Both the position numbers and the translations under genes were made by a program. From Mytilus edulis (Eukaryota): a DNA stretch of 64,000 nucleotides. A model generated the notes under the pieces. The model did no database searches and was not told where the DNA came from. It saw only the letters and a list, made by a program, of their open reading frames with translations. The DNA lies in assembly GCF_963676685.1 (NCBI RefSeq), contig NC_092357.1, forward strand, positions 22,878,001 through 22,942,000. Direction: 5' to 3'. Below are positions 39,646-53,008 of this stretch, in pieces. Each line of letters begins with the position of its first letter. The stretch's first letter is position 1.

Positions 39646-40925
39646 AAGTTTTTTTTCTGGTACAATTTTATGTATACTAGTGCTGATGATAGTTACCTAT
39701 CTAAGATAAAGGCCACAATCAAAGACGAACTGGATTTAAGACAGTGTAAACATATAATGAACGGTACACAAACAGCTTCAGATAGTTGAATACCATTCAT
39801 TTCATCTAATTTTTCTTTAAAATCAAATACAAATGGACGAACTCCTACCCCTTTTCCGGTTGAATATCAATGAGGATTTTTGAAACTGAGTATTAAACTT
39901 TAAAGAAATAGATATTTGTTCAGAAAGATGGAAAACAATACTGATGGTAGATTTAACTGGTCGTTCCTTACTTTTCCTTTTGATATGATGCTCTTTTTTA
40001 ACTTTCAGTTACTTCGCAAACAATGCCCGTTTGCCCTTCATGATTGATTATGCATAAAATAACTCCAAACTCTCTCGTGCTCATTCATATGTATGTACCT
40101 GTAGCTATTCCTCTTTTAAGTAAAGACAGTACCGTTCAATTTATATCCTTAATTCTCTTAAGTGTATAAATTGCAGATTCAGTGAAATTGTGTTCTGATA
40201 ATTTGTTAACATCTATATTTGATAGCTGTTTCGGTAGTAGAGGAGGGTGAAGGGGTGATCTGTTTGAAAATCTTGGATTTAAACAAACAGGCGTTGACAC
40301 GTTTTGAAACGTTAGTTTTGGGAAGTTGCGGCGTTACATGACAGACTTTTTACCCGGTATTATCTTGTTTCAGGCGTACACTTCAAAAAGCTTTTTAAAT
40401 TAATTTGAGTCGTACCTGTATTAAATCAGGCTGCCGTATGAAAAAAATAAGTATTCGTGGAGGTTTTAAATTATAAAAAAAAATAGGTTTCAGTTTCAAA
40501 ACGACAAGTTTCAATTAAAATGATTGAGAAGTTTGAAGAACATAGTAATGAGAACTATGTATTTGCTTTGCAAATATAATTAAAGTTTGTAACTTTGTAC
40601 AGACATATAATACCTAAACCTATACAGGGCATAAGATGAACTATTATTATACTATTTTGAACATACATTGTACTTTATCCGAGTTAAATTCACTGATTTA
40701 TTTTTGACATATAAACTGATGATCTGATTATTTTCTTTTACATGCATCATCAGTACAGATGTATGTGAGAAAAGTATTGGTGTCAAGTTTAGATAATGTT
40801 CACAATACATCTTCTAGTGCAATTAGGGTATATGTTCCTGATCGCATTCACATCAATTGTGTTTGCAATAATGTACAGTAGATTTTTATCTGCTGTCCCA
40901 ATTGTCATTACAATACAGTAGATGC

Positions 40926-40974
40926 TAACATTGATCATAATATGTTAAAAACTAACATATTATGATCAATGTTA
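40926..40974. repeat. Perfect 22-bp inverted repeat with a 5-nt spacer
   Basis: taacattgatcataatatgtta-aaaac-taacatattatgatcaatgtta. Confidence 0.95.
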
Positions 40975-41289
40975 TCTAAAGCATCTACAGTACAGGTAAT
41001 AGGGTGTTGGTACTTTCGTCTCCTAAACTATTAGTTTTGCTAAACTATTTTTGAACATGGTCGATAATACAACTTGAGAGTAAAGTTTAAGCTCAAAACA
41101 CAAAAGGAAATCATCTCACAGATAACAACTATTAGAAAAGATAATATTTTTGTTCATAAATCTTAATATATCGTCTTTGTGTCTCATTTTCTATCACATT
41201 CTTTTTATTTTGACACTAAATACAGTTATACGTCAGTGGATAATTTGGGAAAGGTTTAAAAGCGAATCGATTCTAGGGCTGAGATGTCT

Positions 41290-41530
41290 AACTATTGTAT
41301 CATTAGACTATTAACACTAAGTCTTATGTTGTGAGTTCGAACCCTGCATATATGGCAGATGCATTCAACTTCAATCCGAAGTGAAAAAGATTGTGAGCTT
41401 GCCTGCCTTTGTTTTGCGGTTTTCTTCGGGCACTTCTGCTTCCTCTGACAATACAAAAAAGGCACCAGCAGTATCATTGACCGCCACAATATATCCAAAG
41501 TGGCATCGAACACCAATCAATCAAGCAATT
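41290..41530 (+). mobile_element. Decayed tRNA-derived SINE, V-domain-like
   Basis: Pol III B-box GAGTTCGAACC (41333-41343), V-domain-like ggttttcttcgggcacttctgcttcctc, and tail gaccgccac..aaagtggc..aacacc-(aatc)n. Confidence 0.55.
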
Positions 41531-41686
41531 AATCCCCGGACCCTGGATCGGCCCCTGGTTATATAATCTAAAAGTACCAATGATATTAGTTTGAATGCTT
41601 TGGTTTAATCTCTTTAAAAATAATAAAATTACCGATACCATATTGATGTAATTGATACTTTATATAACTAATAATTAAATTCAGAC

Positions 41687-42162
41687 AAGTTGGACCATAA
41701 TACTGTAATACCTCAACTTCAATGCGATTTGTGTACTCGACTTGTGTGGTAGAGAAGTTGGACCATAATACTTCAATAACTCAACTTCAATGCGATTTAT
41801 GTACTCGACTTGTGTGGTAGAGAAGTTGGACCATAATACTTCAATACCTCAACTTCAATGCGATTTGTATACTCGACTTGTGTGGTAGAGAAGTTGGACC
41901 ATAATACTTCAATACCTCAACTTCAATGCGATTTGTGTACTCGACTTGTGTGGTAGAGAAGTTGGACCATAATACTTCAATACCTCAACTTCAGTGCGAT
42001 TTGTGTACTCGACTTGTGTGGTAGAGAAGTTGGACCATAATACTTCAATAACTCAACTTCAGTGCGATTTGTGTACTCGACTTGTGTGGTAGAGAAGTTG
42101 GACCATAATACTTCAATACCTCAACTTCAGTGCGATTTGTGTACTCGACTTGTGTGGTAGAG
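41687..42162. repeat. 68-bp tandem repeat, 7 near-identical copies
   Basis: aagttggaccataatacttcaatacctcaacttcaatgcgatttgtgtactcgacttgtgtggtagag at 41687, 41755, 41823, 41891, 41959, 42027 and 42095. Confidence 0.97.
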
Positions 42163-42639
42163 ACAGCTTTTTATGTTACATGCAATGAAAAAAGGCTACA
42201 AAGATCTATTGTTTGCTTTGGAAAATTTTTGTTATCTTAGTCAGTGTTTTATGACATATTGCTTAAGAATCATTATATACTGAAGTGCATCTTATGTTTA
42301 AGAAATTAGTCGAACACATCTTTCATCTGAAGTTGCATAACAAAGTTATATAAAAAGCTACATTGTTTAAACGAGACATAATTAAAGTAGGTAATAATAT
42401 AAACACAAATTGGATATTAAGAACAAAAGCTTTTGCTGATCATATATTCTCTTAGCTATTTAATTAAAAGAAGAATGCATGTGGTATATTTATAACTATC
42501 TCTGGATATCGAAAATTGCTACTTTTTTATATTTACCAAACATTTTCGTACTTTACGAGTTTTATAACCCACATCCTATTACCGACTATCGGTAAAGCAG
42601 ATGAAACAGGTAACAATGATCAAAATCTGCTGTACGCCA

Positions 42640-42910
42640 TTGCAAATCGTAAACGCAGATTGCAAACTCCATTGATTTTAAATGAAATCGTAAACGCAGA
42701 ATGAGGTTGCAAAATCCATTGTATTGAAATAGAATCGTAACGCAGATTTAAAAAATCATTGTATTGAAATGGAATCGTAAACGAAGATTTAAAACCCTTT
42801 CTATAAGATGGAATCGTAAATGCAGATTTCACAACACATTGTATTGAAATGGAATTGTTAACATATTTCAAAATCCATTGTATCTAAATGGATTAAAAAA
42901 AACGCAGACG
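42640..42910. repeat. Degenerate ~40-bp tandem repeat, ~6 copies
   Basis: aatcgtaaacgcagattt..aa-tccattgtattgaaatgg repeated. Confidence 0.8.
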
Positions 42911-44344
42911 TAATCTGCTTTTGACAATAGCAAAGCATTTTTTTAATGTTCAATCGGGGATATATACCATATTGTATTTGTCGTAGTGATAGACGGTTAC
43001 AGGAAATGTGACCGACTCTTAGTAATGCTCAAAACAGAAACATAAGGACACGGCTAATGGACATGTAAGGAACACTAGTTTCATACTGAAATCTGATACA
43101 TAGGAAAAGTGAAATAGGGTCCTCTTCCCATGTAAACGGGGATCTTTGTTTTAATCAGTTATGTTTTCTTAGCATAATGATTGGAGTCATAGTTTTACTT
43201 AGGCATACTGAAAACCTGTTCATTAAGATACGTGGTATTCTTATTTCAGACAATTAAAACTACCTAGACGTTGGAAGTACTAAACTTGCTTTTTATATTG
43301 CTAAAGATTATTATGCTGCCGTCTGTAGTCAAAGCAAGTTCTTAAATAACTGCAACAGGAATGACAAGTGGAATTGATTTTTCTTTGGAGTTTCTCATCT
43401 GTGTTAAACAATTATAGCATCATATGGCTTTAGTTGTTTGTTTTATTTTGAATTGTTTTACATTTTGTCGTATGAATACGACGACCTTTTATAGCTGACT
43501 TTATGTTTGTCGGATCTGTGAATTGTTGAGTGTCTTACGTTGGCATAATCAATAGTTGTTTATATCATCGTCCTAAAATCGCTGGTGAATAGTTATCTTC
43601 TTGAAAATCACACCTCTTCGCCTTATTTTCATATTGAATGAGTCTCTTCGAAAAGAAATAAAATAAACTAAGAGTAAACCAAGTACAAGATAAAATAGAT
43701 CAAATATAAATCATTATTCAGTCTGGCCAATTATGACTTTTCTGTAGGTAGATTACCGCATGATAAGTATAATTTTCAGTACTACATCTGATCAAATGAA
43801 AGACAGATTTAAAAGCGTTTTGTGAGTTTCAAAACAAAATATTCAATTTTAATCTGATCATGACAAAGAACTAATTGTATTGATAGGAATGATTTGTGAA
43901 AATGGTTTTGAGCATGTGTTTATTATAGAATCGTCAAGGCTATTACCTACATTTCTCACAAAGGACAATGTGGGTGTCTTTGTGATTATAAACTTTGAGG
44001 TGTTTCTTATATTTACATATCTACAGGTTACAATAAAATAAAACCTACTGAATTATTTTCCGTTTATGTCATATTTGCTTTGTCCTTTTAAATAGCAATT
44101 TCAATACTTTAAATTATTACTAATCAAATGATATTTCAATATCGAAATACCTTTAAAAAACTTCTTATATTTGCATACGTTTTGGACACACTACGTTTAA
44201 ATAAAACTTTCAAATCTCCCCCGATGATTTATATGTAAAATTTTATATCTGATTGCTTATTTAATATATTAAATATATTAAATTTCTAAATGAGAACAGA
44301 ATTATACTTATAAAATGAATGCATATGTACTTTAATTAGACTAT

Positions 44345-44592
44345 TAACCGGATTTGTTATCACATAAGCAACACGACGGGTGCTGCATGTGGAGGATCTG
44401 CTTACTCTTCCGGAGCACCTGAGATCACCCCTAGTTTTTTGGTGGGGTTCGTGTTGTTTATTCTTTAGTTTTCTATGTTGTGTCGTGTGTGCTGTTGTTT
44501 GTTTGTTTTTTTTCATATTAAGCCATGGCGTTGTCAGTTTGTTTTAGATTTATGAGTTTGACTGTCCCTTTGGTATCTTTCGTCCCTCTTTT
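44345..44592 (+). repeat. Interspersed repeat (best copy); decayed copies at ~18200-18370, 48225-48437, 56150-56385 and, reversed, ~37400-37570, 38990-39095, 49950-50140
   Basis: Shared blocks ggatctgcttac-cttccggagcacctgagatcacc, tttttggtggggttcgtgttg, gccatggcgttgtcagttt, atgagtttga and ggtatctttcg-cctct. Confidence 0.85.
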
Positions 44593-47500
44593 AATTACTT
44601 AGCCTTTGTGTCAATCCGAATCCTTCATACTTTGTTGCTGAATACTCATGGCTGTCGTAGTTTTGATTCAAGAAAGCGTCATTGCTACTCGAGATGTTGT
44701 GGTTTAGTGTTTTGAAAGGTCAAGTTATTCTTGAAGCATACCAAGTTGTGCATCTTGTGTTCCGTTTACGTTTTTAAGACCCTTTTTGTATTTTCAATAT
44801 TTTCAATCGAGTAGGAATGCATTTGTATATGTATGTATCCTTGTTTATCAGAAAAGTAAAACATAACATCAGAGTTGTTTATTCTCTCCAATGAATTTAA
44901 TCTAGTTAAAAGTGTTTGAAAACATTATGCATGTTTGAGTTCCCTTCTTCATTATAATCAGAATTCATTTAGAAAAGAAAATACTCAAAGTGGAAATTTA
45001 GCACTCTAGTTAAAATAAGTTTTGGCACTTGCTCTTCATTTTCGTTTGGTTGTTTATATGTCGCACGTGGATCAGCGAAAGAAAATGAGAACAAGTACTG
45101 AAAACTTTAATTAATTAGATTGGAAAATTATATGTCTTATGATACCTGCAATATGACATTTTCAATAATCATCCAGGAAAGATAACGCTTTACCAGATAA
45201 GCATAGAACAAAATGATGATGGTAATGCTTTGCTTTGTGTTTGGTCATATGTCTTGTTAACATAGTTTTACACCCCAAAATGCAGTTATGTTTCTAACTT
45301 TTTACAAAAGATATGACAATAGTAAATGTAAAGTCGATGCCTTGAAATCATTAAACATGTATAAAAAAAGTCCAATAAGACACTATTAACCAAATTAAAT
45401 TATTCTTTCATTGTGTATTCCTCTGCATATAAACCAACCTCTTTTAATGTACCCACCATAGGAATGAGCAACAAATGACCTGTTTATTTTGTATAAAGTA
45501 GCTTAGCATCACTGACCGAATACCAAAGTTTGTTGGATTTTACATGCATTCAATAAATTTTATACAAACTGTCAAAATGTTAATCACATGTTTATAAATT
45601 TTTATATTAAACACATTTTATGATTTCAATATCTGATTTACACATAATTACAATTAATTGTGTTACATTTGGATACTAATGTGTCTAATGGCCTGTGGAT
45701 TTAAAAACAATCAGTTCATCTTATCCTAATTGTTGTCAAAACTATTGTCCGAGTTTGCACAGTGTCATACCACTAGTACATTAAGTTTTCAATCATTAAC
45801 TTTAAACAATACTATACGTATATAACAGTTTATCTTGTCAGTAAAGCTCCATTGGATGACAAAAACATCTCTGACGTGTACCCCCAAAATCTTCAAATAC
45901 ATAAATGTTACGATCGACGTGGACTTCTTGCCAACAATATCATCCATCTTTCATATACAAATGGCGGTATGTTTGACATGTCCAATAATACATAGATATT
46001 ATTCCATTATGTATTTACATAAAAGTGAATGTGTGTACACATGATGGGTTGAATGTCATTGTTGTGAGAGAGGGTGATACTTTCCATATGTTTTGGCAAA
46101 ACACAACAATTGGTTTATATAGAGACCAAGAACAGGTAAGCCATTCAGTTCATTTGAAATACTTTTATTTTGAAAGAAAAAAATATATGAACCGTTTCAC
46201 TTATTGAAATAATCATTTTGACTGTCTTTTTCAAAATTCGGGACATAATTTATATAATGTCTTTCATTGATCATGTTGACATTCTTTACATTGAGATACT
46301 AGTTTCTACAACTTTCCATGTAGATAAACACGTTGTACCCGGTTGATGCCACCGATATCAGTAATTTCGGCCTATTCCCTCAGTTTTTGCCGCTAGTTTT
46401 GTATATTTAAAACAAATTTACAAGATTTGAACATCAGTAAACAAATGTTGTCTCTTGTGTATCTAGGACAATAACATGTGTGTAACAGATGTATTCATGA
46501 ATACGTCATTCTTTAAGATAAACGCCATACATTTTTGAACAATCATGTGTTTAGTCAGTTCTAATTACACACGCCTTGAGCAATGAATCTTATAAGTGTT
46601 AAAAAATTGTACGATTTTTATCTCGGTCTTGACCCTCACTTAAAAGACGTCTGGTGAAATAATGTTGGCACCTACTTTACACTTAGTTCCTTAAAGTTAC
46701 TTTTTACGGAAGGTTGAAAATTGGTTCTATTTCCTTAACCTTTTCTGTCATCTTATATTTGGCTATTAGTGAGAAACGAATGTCTTTTAGAAGCATTTAT
46801 TCAATGTATTTGTATATATAAAAATAAATGCAAATTAAGGAATAGTAATTAAAGAACTTTAAACATATATAAATGTAAGAAGATGCAATATGAGTGCCAA
46901 TGGATAACTCTCTATCCAAGTAAAAAATTGTAAAAGTAAACTATCATAGGTCAAAGTACGGTCTTCACCACGTAGTCTCGGCTCACACAGAACAGCAAGC
47001 TATTAAAGGCCCCTAAAAAGAATAGTGTAAAACCAGTTAAACAGGAAAAACATCAGTCTAAGCTATATGAAAAACGAGAAACACGTATGAACCACATCAA
47101 CAAACGATAACCACTGAACATCAGGTTGATGACTTGTGAAAACAAATGTAGTGAGTACATATAAATATTCGACACATGAACAGTGTCTACAACTCGTGAC
47201 GTTTGGTCGTTTTCATTTTTTTGTCATAGTTTTGTCAGTTTTATTTCGAATAATGAATTTGTATTGTCTTGCCATTTTGTTTTACCCTGACAACATCTTG
47301 ATAAATGTGGTCACATATTATGTCTAAATATAAGCATTACATGACACCCGAAATACGTTCATACTAGAACATAGATTTATACATTGCACTCAATATATAT
47401 ATATATGCTGTTTTATCGTCGTTTTGCACTTAGAATCTAGACAGACACAAAACACTTACATTGTACATGACTTACTTCTACTTCATTATCTTAGAAACAT

Positions 47501-49748
47501 CATTATAATAAGACACAATATGGTAACTTTCGGGGAGTAATAGTTAATAATATGTATTGACATTTTATTGCTTATTGTGTCAATTTAATGGAATGTACAC
47601 TGTTTATAAATTTTCAAAACGAATATTTGAATGACACACATGAATGATTTCCAATTCGCAGATAAAATGAATAAATCATATATAAAACTATATTATATTC
47701 TTGCACAATATAACCTTTAAAAAGTAAAATCACGAAAATACTGAACTCCGATGAAAAATCAAAACAGAAAGTCATTAATCAAGTGGCAAAACTAAGGCCC
47801 AAACAGATCAACTGTCATATTCCTGACATGGTACAGACACTTGCAGCAAATTTGATCAAAACAGAAATGTCTAAGCAGAGAAGAAAATACTTTTGAACAT
47901 TGCAAGGCTGACAAAAAATATCACTGGCTCCGAGAAGTCAATTCTAGTTAATGAACTTTAACCTTGAACTGTTTATTTTGAACTTTACATATCTAACAAA
48001 ATAGTTTGAAAGGTATATCCAGGTTTATTACTGATAATTAGATAAGACAAAAGTATTAATGAATTCAAAATTTGATAATATTGAGACATTGTTTTCAACC
48101 AGTAGAGTATTAATAAAGCATTGCTTACAGAAAATTTCGCAATGTGCATGAAGTGCTCTTGTCGATTAAGTACTGTTCAGACATTGATTTTTCTAGTTAC
48201 TGATCAAACCTTACATATACTTCGTGGATTAGGATCATCTTACCCTTTCAGAGCATCTGCGATCGCCCCTGTGTATAGGTGTGGTTCGTGTTACTCTGTT
48301 TTTAGTTTCATGTTGTGTATGAAGACTGTATTTCGTGTTATTGTTGTTGTTTTTTTATTGTTTCTGTTGACCGTGGCGGTGGTAGTTTGACTTCAACTTT
48401 TGAGTTAGAATATCTCTTTGATTTATGTCGCCTCTCTGTAAAAAAGTACAGCTGTTATTTTGTTTTCTTACTTTTCAGTTAAAATTTCTTATGATGACAT
48501 TTTTTAATGGTGTGTAATAAAAATTCAATCGGAAATGATTTTGAAAACTATATTGAGAATATATTTTTAAAAGAATTGCTTTTTAACTTACCTGTCTGAA
48601 ATATGAATATTGACATTGAGTTCCTGGATAATATGGTTAAAGTATGGTAATGTTTATGTAATTAACTTTTGTATTCTAAAGTGAATACATTCATTTGTCT
48701 GCAAAGACTACAAGTAGGCCAGATTTCTTAACACCTTATGTGCTATACCTTTAAAGTATTTAAAAAGATAACTTTTTTGAAAAATTGTCACCTCTGATTG
48801 ACAGTTAAAGTTGATGTTAATCATTGATACTTTTGTAGGTTTTTGGTATGTGAAAACCAAATAAAATTACCTACAGAACGGAATGTAATCCACATAGAAA
48901 ATTTAGAAAAGATTGTTTGTTTAACAAAATAAAGGAAACAAAGATTCATTTATTGTGTTTTTTTTCAATTTTGTAAAATCGTGTTTCCATAACAGACAAT
49001 CTTAAATAGCTTGGGAAGAAGATAATCCATAATAATACCTATTTTTGTTTCTCAATTCTTTCCAGGAAACAAGAAAACCACCAAGCCGGAATTCTTAAAA
49101 AATAGGATAAGTTGTAGTTAATCACTTTGTTTCAATATTTACTTGCCCTTTAAAACTGCAATAGCCAAAATAATAATATTAAAGATTAAATTCAAAAAGG
49201 GGAACTCCTTAAGAATACTTACAAAACAAGACACTAGACTATATCAAACAAAGGGACGACTGGGAATAAAAACTAATTCCTTACTTAGTATTGGCATGTA
49301 CCGAATACACGTTGGTTTACTTGGTTTAGCTAGATGAATATCCCATTTGTATAGTTTGCATATGATAGTACCGTAATAATAACCAAGTTATAAACACAAA
49401 ATTCCATAACTTTGTAACAGTGGAGCCTTTACTAAAATGTATGATTCTTCTGAGGATGTATCAAAATATACCTGATAAAAACAACCGTTAAAGATAGAAT
49501 AAATAATATTTTTTTTATTACATTGGTTGCCATGAATTACATTGATTTCCCAGTTAAATAAAAACCTATAATACCGCATGTGAAATAAACGTGGTTATTT
49601 CACTCTCTGACGTCATACAACAATAGGCGTTGTCAAGACGTCGATAACGGCGAATCAAAACAAATTGTGAATGCGTAGAAAAACAATATAGTTCCTTACA
49701 TGTTTTGCATTTATTTCTTTGAAAAAGCCATTTGCAATTGTAATAAAA

Positions 49749-49907
49749 AGAATAACTAAATATAGAATTCAAATATCGAAAAATATTCAACTCGTGACCG
49801 AACAACACTGATAACTAACTCATGCGCTACGCGCATTCGTGAATTAATGTGTTGTTCGGTCACTCGGTGAAGGTTTTTTCGATTTGAATTTTTCAATTAG
49901 TTATTCT
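49749..49907. repeat. Long foldback with ~60-bp arms and a central tgcgc-tac-gcgca mini-hairpin
   Basis: agaataactaa..aattcaaat..cgaaaaa..ttca..gtgaccgaacaacac is mirrored by gtgttgttcggtcac..tgaa..tttttcgatttgaatt..ttagttattct. Confidence 0.8.
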
Positions 49908-50389
49908 ATAAGTATATCATCAACATCTTTGTAAAATGCAGTTTTTTTTTAAAGAAAGAGGTGGAAGATACCCAAAAAATAATTTGCTTAAACTCATTAT
50001 TTGAGAAACATCATGACAAAAAAAAAGATAAAAGAATATTTAAAGCACAACCTAGAAAACTAAAGATTTAATCTTACGAAACCAACCAAAAAATGGTGCT
50101 CTGGAATGGTGAGCAGATATTGTTCAACATGTGTCATCACTTTTGAATGCTTGTCTTTGTTATATCTACGTAGAACACACTTTAAAAATGTTGGGGGTCA
50201 TATGAGGAAATAACTGAGAGACTAATAGACAAATATCTGGAAATCATCAATGACCAAAATGAATTACTGAAAATGTACATGCCTTTTTAATAATTTGCGA
50301 ATGAAAGGACCTAAAAGTCATTTAGTAATGCTTCTATTTGTTTTACTGTAAATAAATAGTTGTCAAAGGTACCAGTATTATGATTTAAT

Positions 50390-50433
50390 ACGCCAGACGC
50401 GCGTTTCGTCTATATAAGACTCATCAGTGACAC
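50390..50433 (-). ncRNA. Type I hammerhead ribozyme within a retrozyme-like repeat fragment (~50355-50562)
   Basis: Minus strand reads gtgtca-CTGATGA-gtct(tatat)agac-GAAAC-gcgc-GTC-tggcgt. All core nucleotides are present, with a 4-bp stem II, minimal palindromic stem III, GUC cleavage triplet, and stem I gugUca/uggcgu including G-U pairs. Confidence 0.85.
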
Positions 50434-52436
50434 TCAGATCAAAACAGTTATAAAGCCAAACAAGTAAAAAGTTTAAGAGCATTGAGGACCCAAAATTCCG
50501 AAACGGTGTGCCAAATACGGCTAAGGTAATCTATTCCTGGGGAAAGAAATTCCTTACTTTTTTAAATGTAGGTGGCTACATTGAACCATTTGCAAGTAAT
50601 TAACACAATTCCTCGCCTTTTGTATAATCGCCTTGGTTGATATATTAACACTCATCTATATGTATGTGTCATAGATAAGTAGGCCATAAACTACCTGATC
50701 AGAATTATCATACAAAAAGACCAATTCATTTAATATATGCATTTATACGTTTAACTTGTGATTATGTCACATTACCGTTTTCAAAAGATTATCAAACTAT
50801 TTGAGTAGTTAATACAGTTGTCTTTAAGATACCTTCATGCAATATCAGTTGTGGATATGTAACTCATGGGGAGTTTTACTTATATGTAAGTGATTAAGAT
50901 AATATTTTCATTTTATTTCATCTTCCTTAACGGACAGGGTGGGCAAATATAAAACTACATATAAACTAGGCGAGAATTCAAAGGATTGAGGATTTTTATG
51001 CTAATATTAATGTGTCCTTCCTCTTCATGAGCTTGTAAATAAATTTAAGTAAAGTGAAACAAATATGGCTGTTGAGGATGTATTTGCTCCAAACATTTTA
51101 AACAAAACGATTCCTTTTTCTCATCTTCTTTTTTTTTATAACGGATGTACCTTTTTTTGTGCATATTTATACATTCTTTTTTGCAATTTAGTAAATTTCT
51201 CAAAGTAGAAAATTATATTTTGTCATGGAACAGTTATAAGTTGACAAATGAATCGTCTTGGCATACAAATTGTCCTGTCGCTATGTTCACACTTTCTTCT
51301 GACACTAATGTAGCGAAAAAATAAGACGACAAATATTTAACGAAAATGTACACAATGCTTCTTCCTCGCACTAATATTACTTATCTAACATTGATTGAAT
51401 AAATAGAAAACAATCAATTTGTTTTATATGTCTCAAAGACTTCATTTATATAAGTGAAAACAAGAAACTTAAATAAATCAGCACAGGGCGTTCACGATTT
51501 CTGAGAGTTACTTTTAAAAATTACATTTAGCTTGCTTATTCTATTAAATAATGCGTCTAAATGAGTCGTAAATCGTTTTGACATGAAGATTTGACGGAAA
51601 AGCTTGGTTTCGTAGTTTGAAAGAGTAAAATTGAGCTAAGTATATTGAACTGGTTCTTATTTGTTTGTGTTTGTATTTCAAAAAATATTTAAATGAACGC
51701 AACATGAAATACTGCTAGACAAAATCTTAATAACGTTTCTTTTTTTTTTACCAGTAAACCAGCTTTGAAATGAAACGATCATGTTGGTTTAAACATCTTT
51801 AATACATTTATTTAGTCATCATCAGTCCTGCAGTCAATTTTCATTCTTATCCACTCCGGGAATTTTGATGTCAATAAAGATCCATTTAGTCTATGTTCAG
51901 ACTAGTAAGAAGATGTATTGATCCGCTATATTGAATCAATAGAACCCACAATGTTCGATTAATAAATCATAATAAAAAGAAACAAAAAACAACACCTACC
52001 TCGATATGCCATTTTTAAAATGATTTTCTCTTAATTTAAATGGTGCAAGAAACGGAATATGCTTCAATAAAACGTTTTTATCTGTATGAAGTAAAGTATT
52101 TCATGACAAAATCATTCACGTATTTTTGCGGAATTTTAATTATTATTATATCACGCATTTGTTAAACGTTGTTTTAACTCTGCAACTGTTTCGGTATTAT
52201 ACATCTTTTTGTTTTCAATAAATGGGCTTTAAGCGTTTCTCGTGAAGGTTTATCCTGAAAAAAGCTCTTCTTACGCATGAAATTAAGAATATGTAGTTTT
52301 CATGTTTTTCGAATGTATTTTTGTCTGTTCAAAATGCATTAGACAGTCAGGGGCATTTTTAAACAAGTAACTGTAAAATTACCTAGACAGAAAAAAGTTA
52401 AAAACAAGGCTATTTGATATATTACTTATATGAGTA

Positions 52437-53008
52437 GAGTGGGGTGCTCAATTTCGCCATATCTTTCTATGTTTTCTACAGTTTATGTTCAGGTCTATAG
52501 GTTTTTTGAAGTATGCTGATATTTCTATATGAAGATAACTTCAAATGCAAAATATTCTTAAGCTTGAAAATAATCATTTGAAAAGTTAGATTAAAGGGTG
52601 TTTGAAATTGCCTGATGTTTTGTCAATGGGGGACACATATTCGCCGTTTTTATACATCTTTTTAAACCCAAATAACTGCAGCTTTCAACAAAATTTCCCA
52701 AATCAATTTCATTATAGACGAATAGCAGACATTTTTCAAAGGTGTACAGAACTGAAATTTAGGACAATCAGTCAATGAATTACCAAGAAATATTTCTTTT
52801 GAAATCATGTTTTTCATTCAGGAAATTGGCCGCAAATCGTTGTCAGTTTTTCGGTCCTTTGTGGTAAGTGCGGCAATTTTGTCGTAGTTTAAAAATTAAT
52901 CATATTTGTTATAAAAATCGAATTTACCGGCATATTTCTTCCATTTCGGCTATCCTATGAAGTTTTACACCTCAAAATCATAAAACGGCGAATACGTGCG
53001 CCCCACTC
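52437..53008. mobile_element. MITE with TA flanks (Tc1/mariner-type TSD)
   Basis: TA|gagtggggtgctcaatttcgcc ... ggcgaatacgtgcgccccactc|TA (19/24 inverted match including the TA). Internal TIR-like copy ggggacacatattcgcc at ~52628. Confidence 0.7.

Noticed and set aside
46025-46141. ORF ending at the strong donor CAG|GTAAGC as an innexin coding exon
   Set aside because: The ATG-containing frame is phase 0, incompatible with the phase-2 acceptor. It could at most be a UTR exon.
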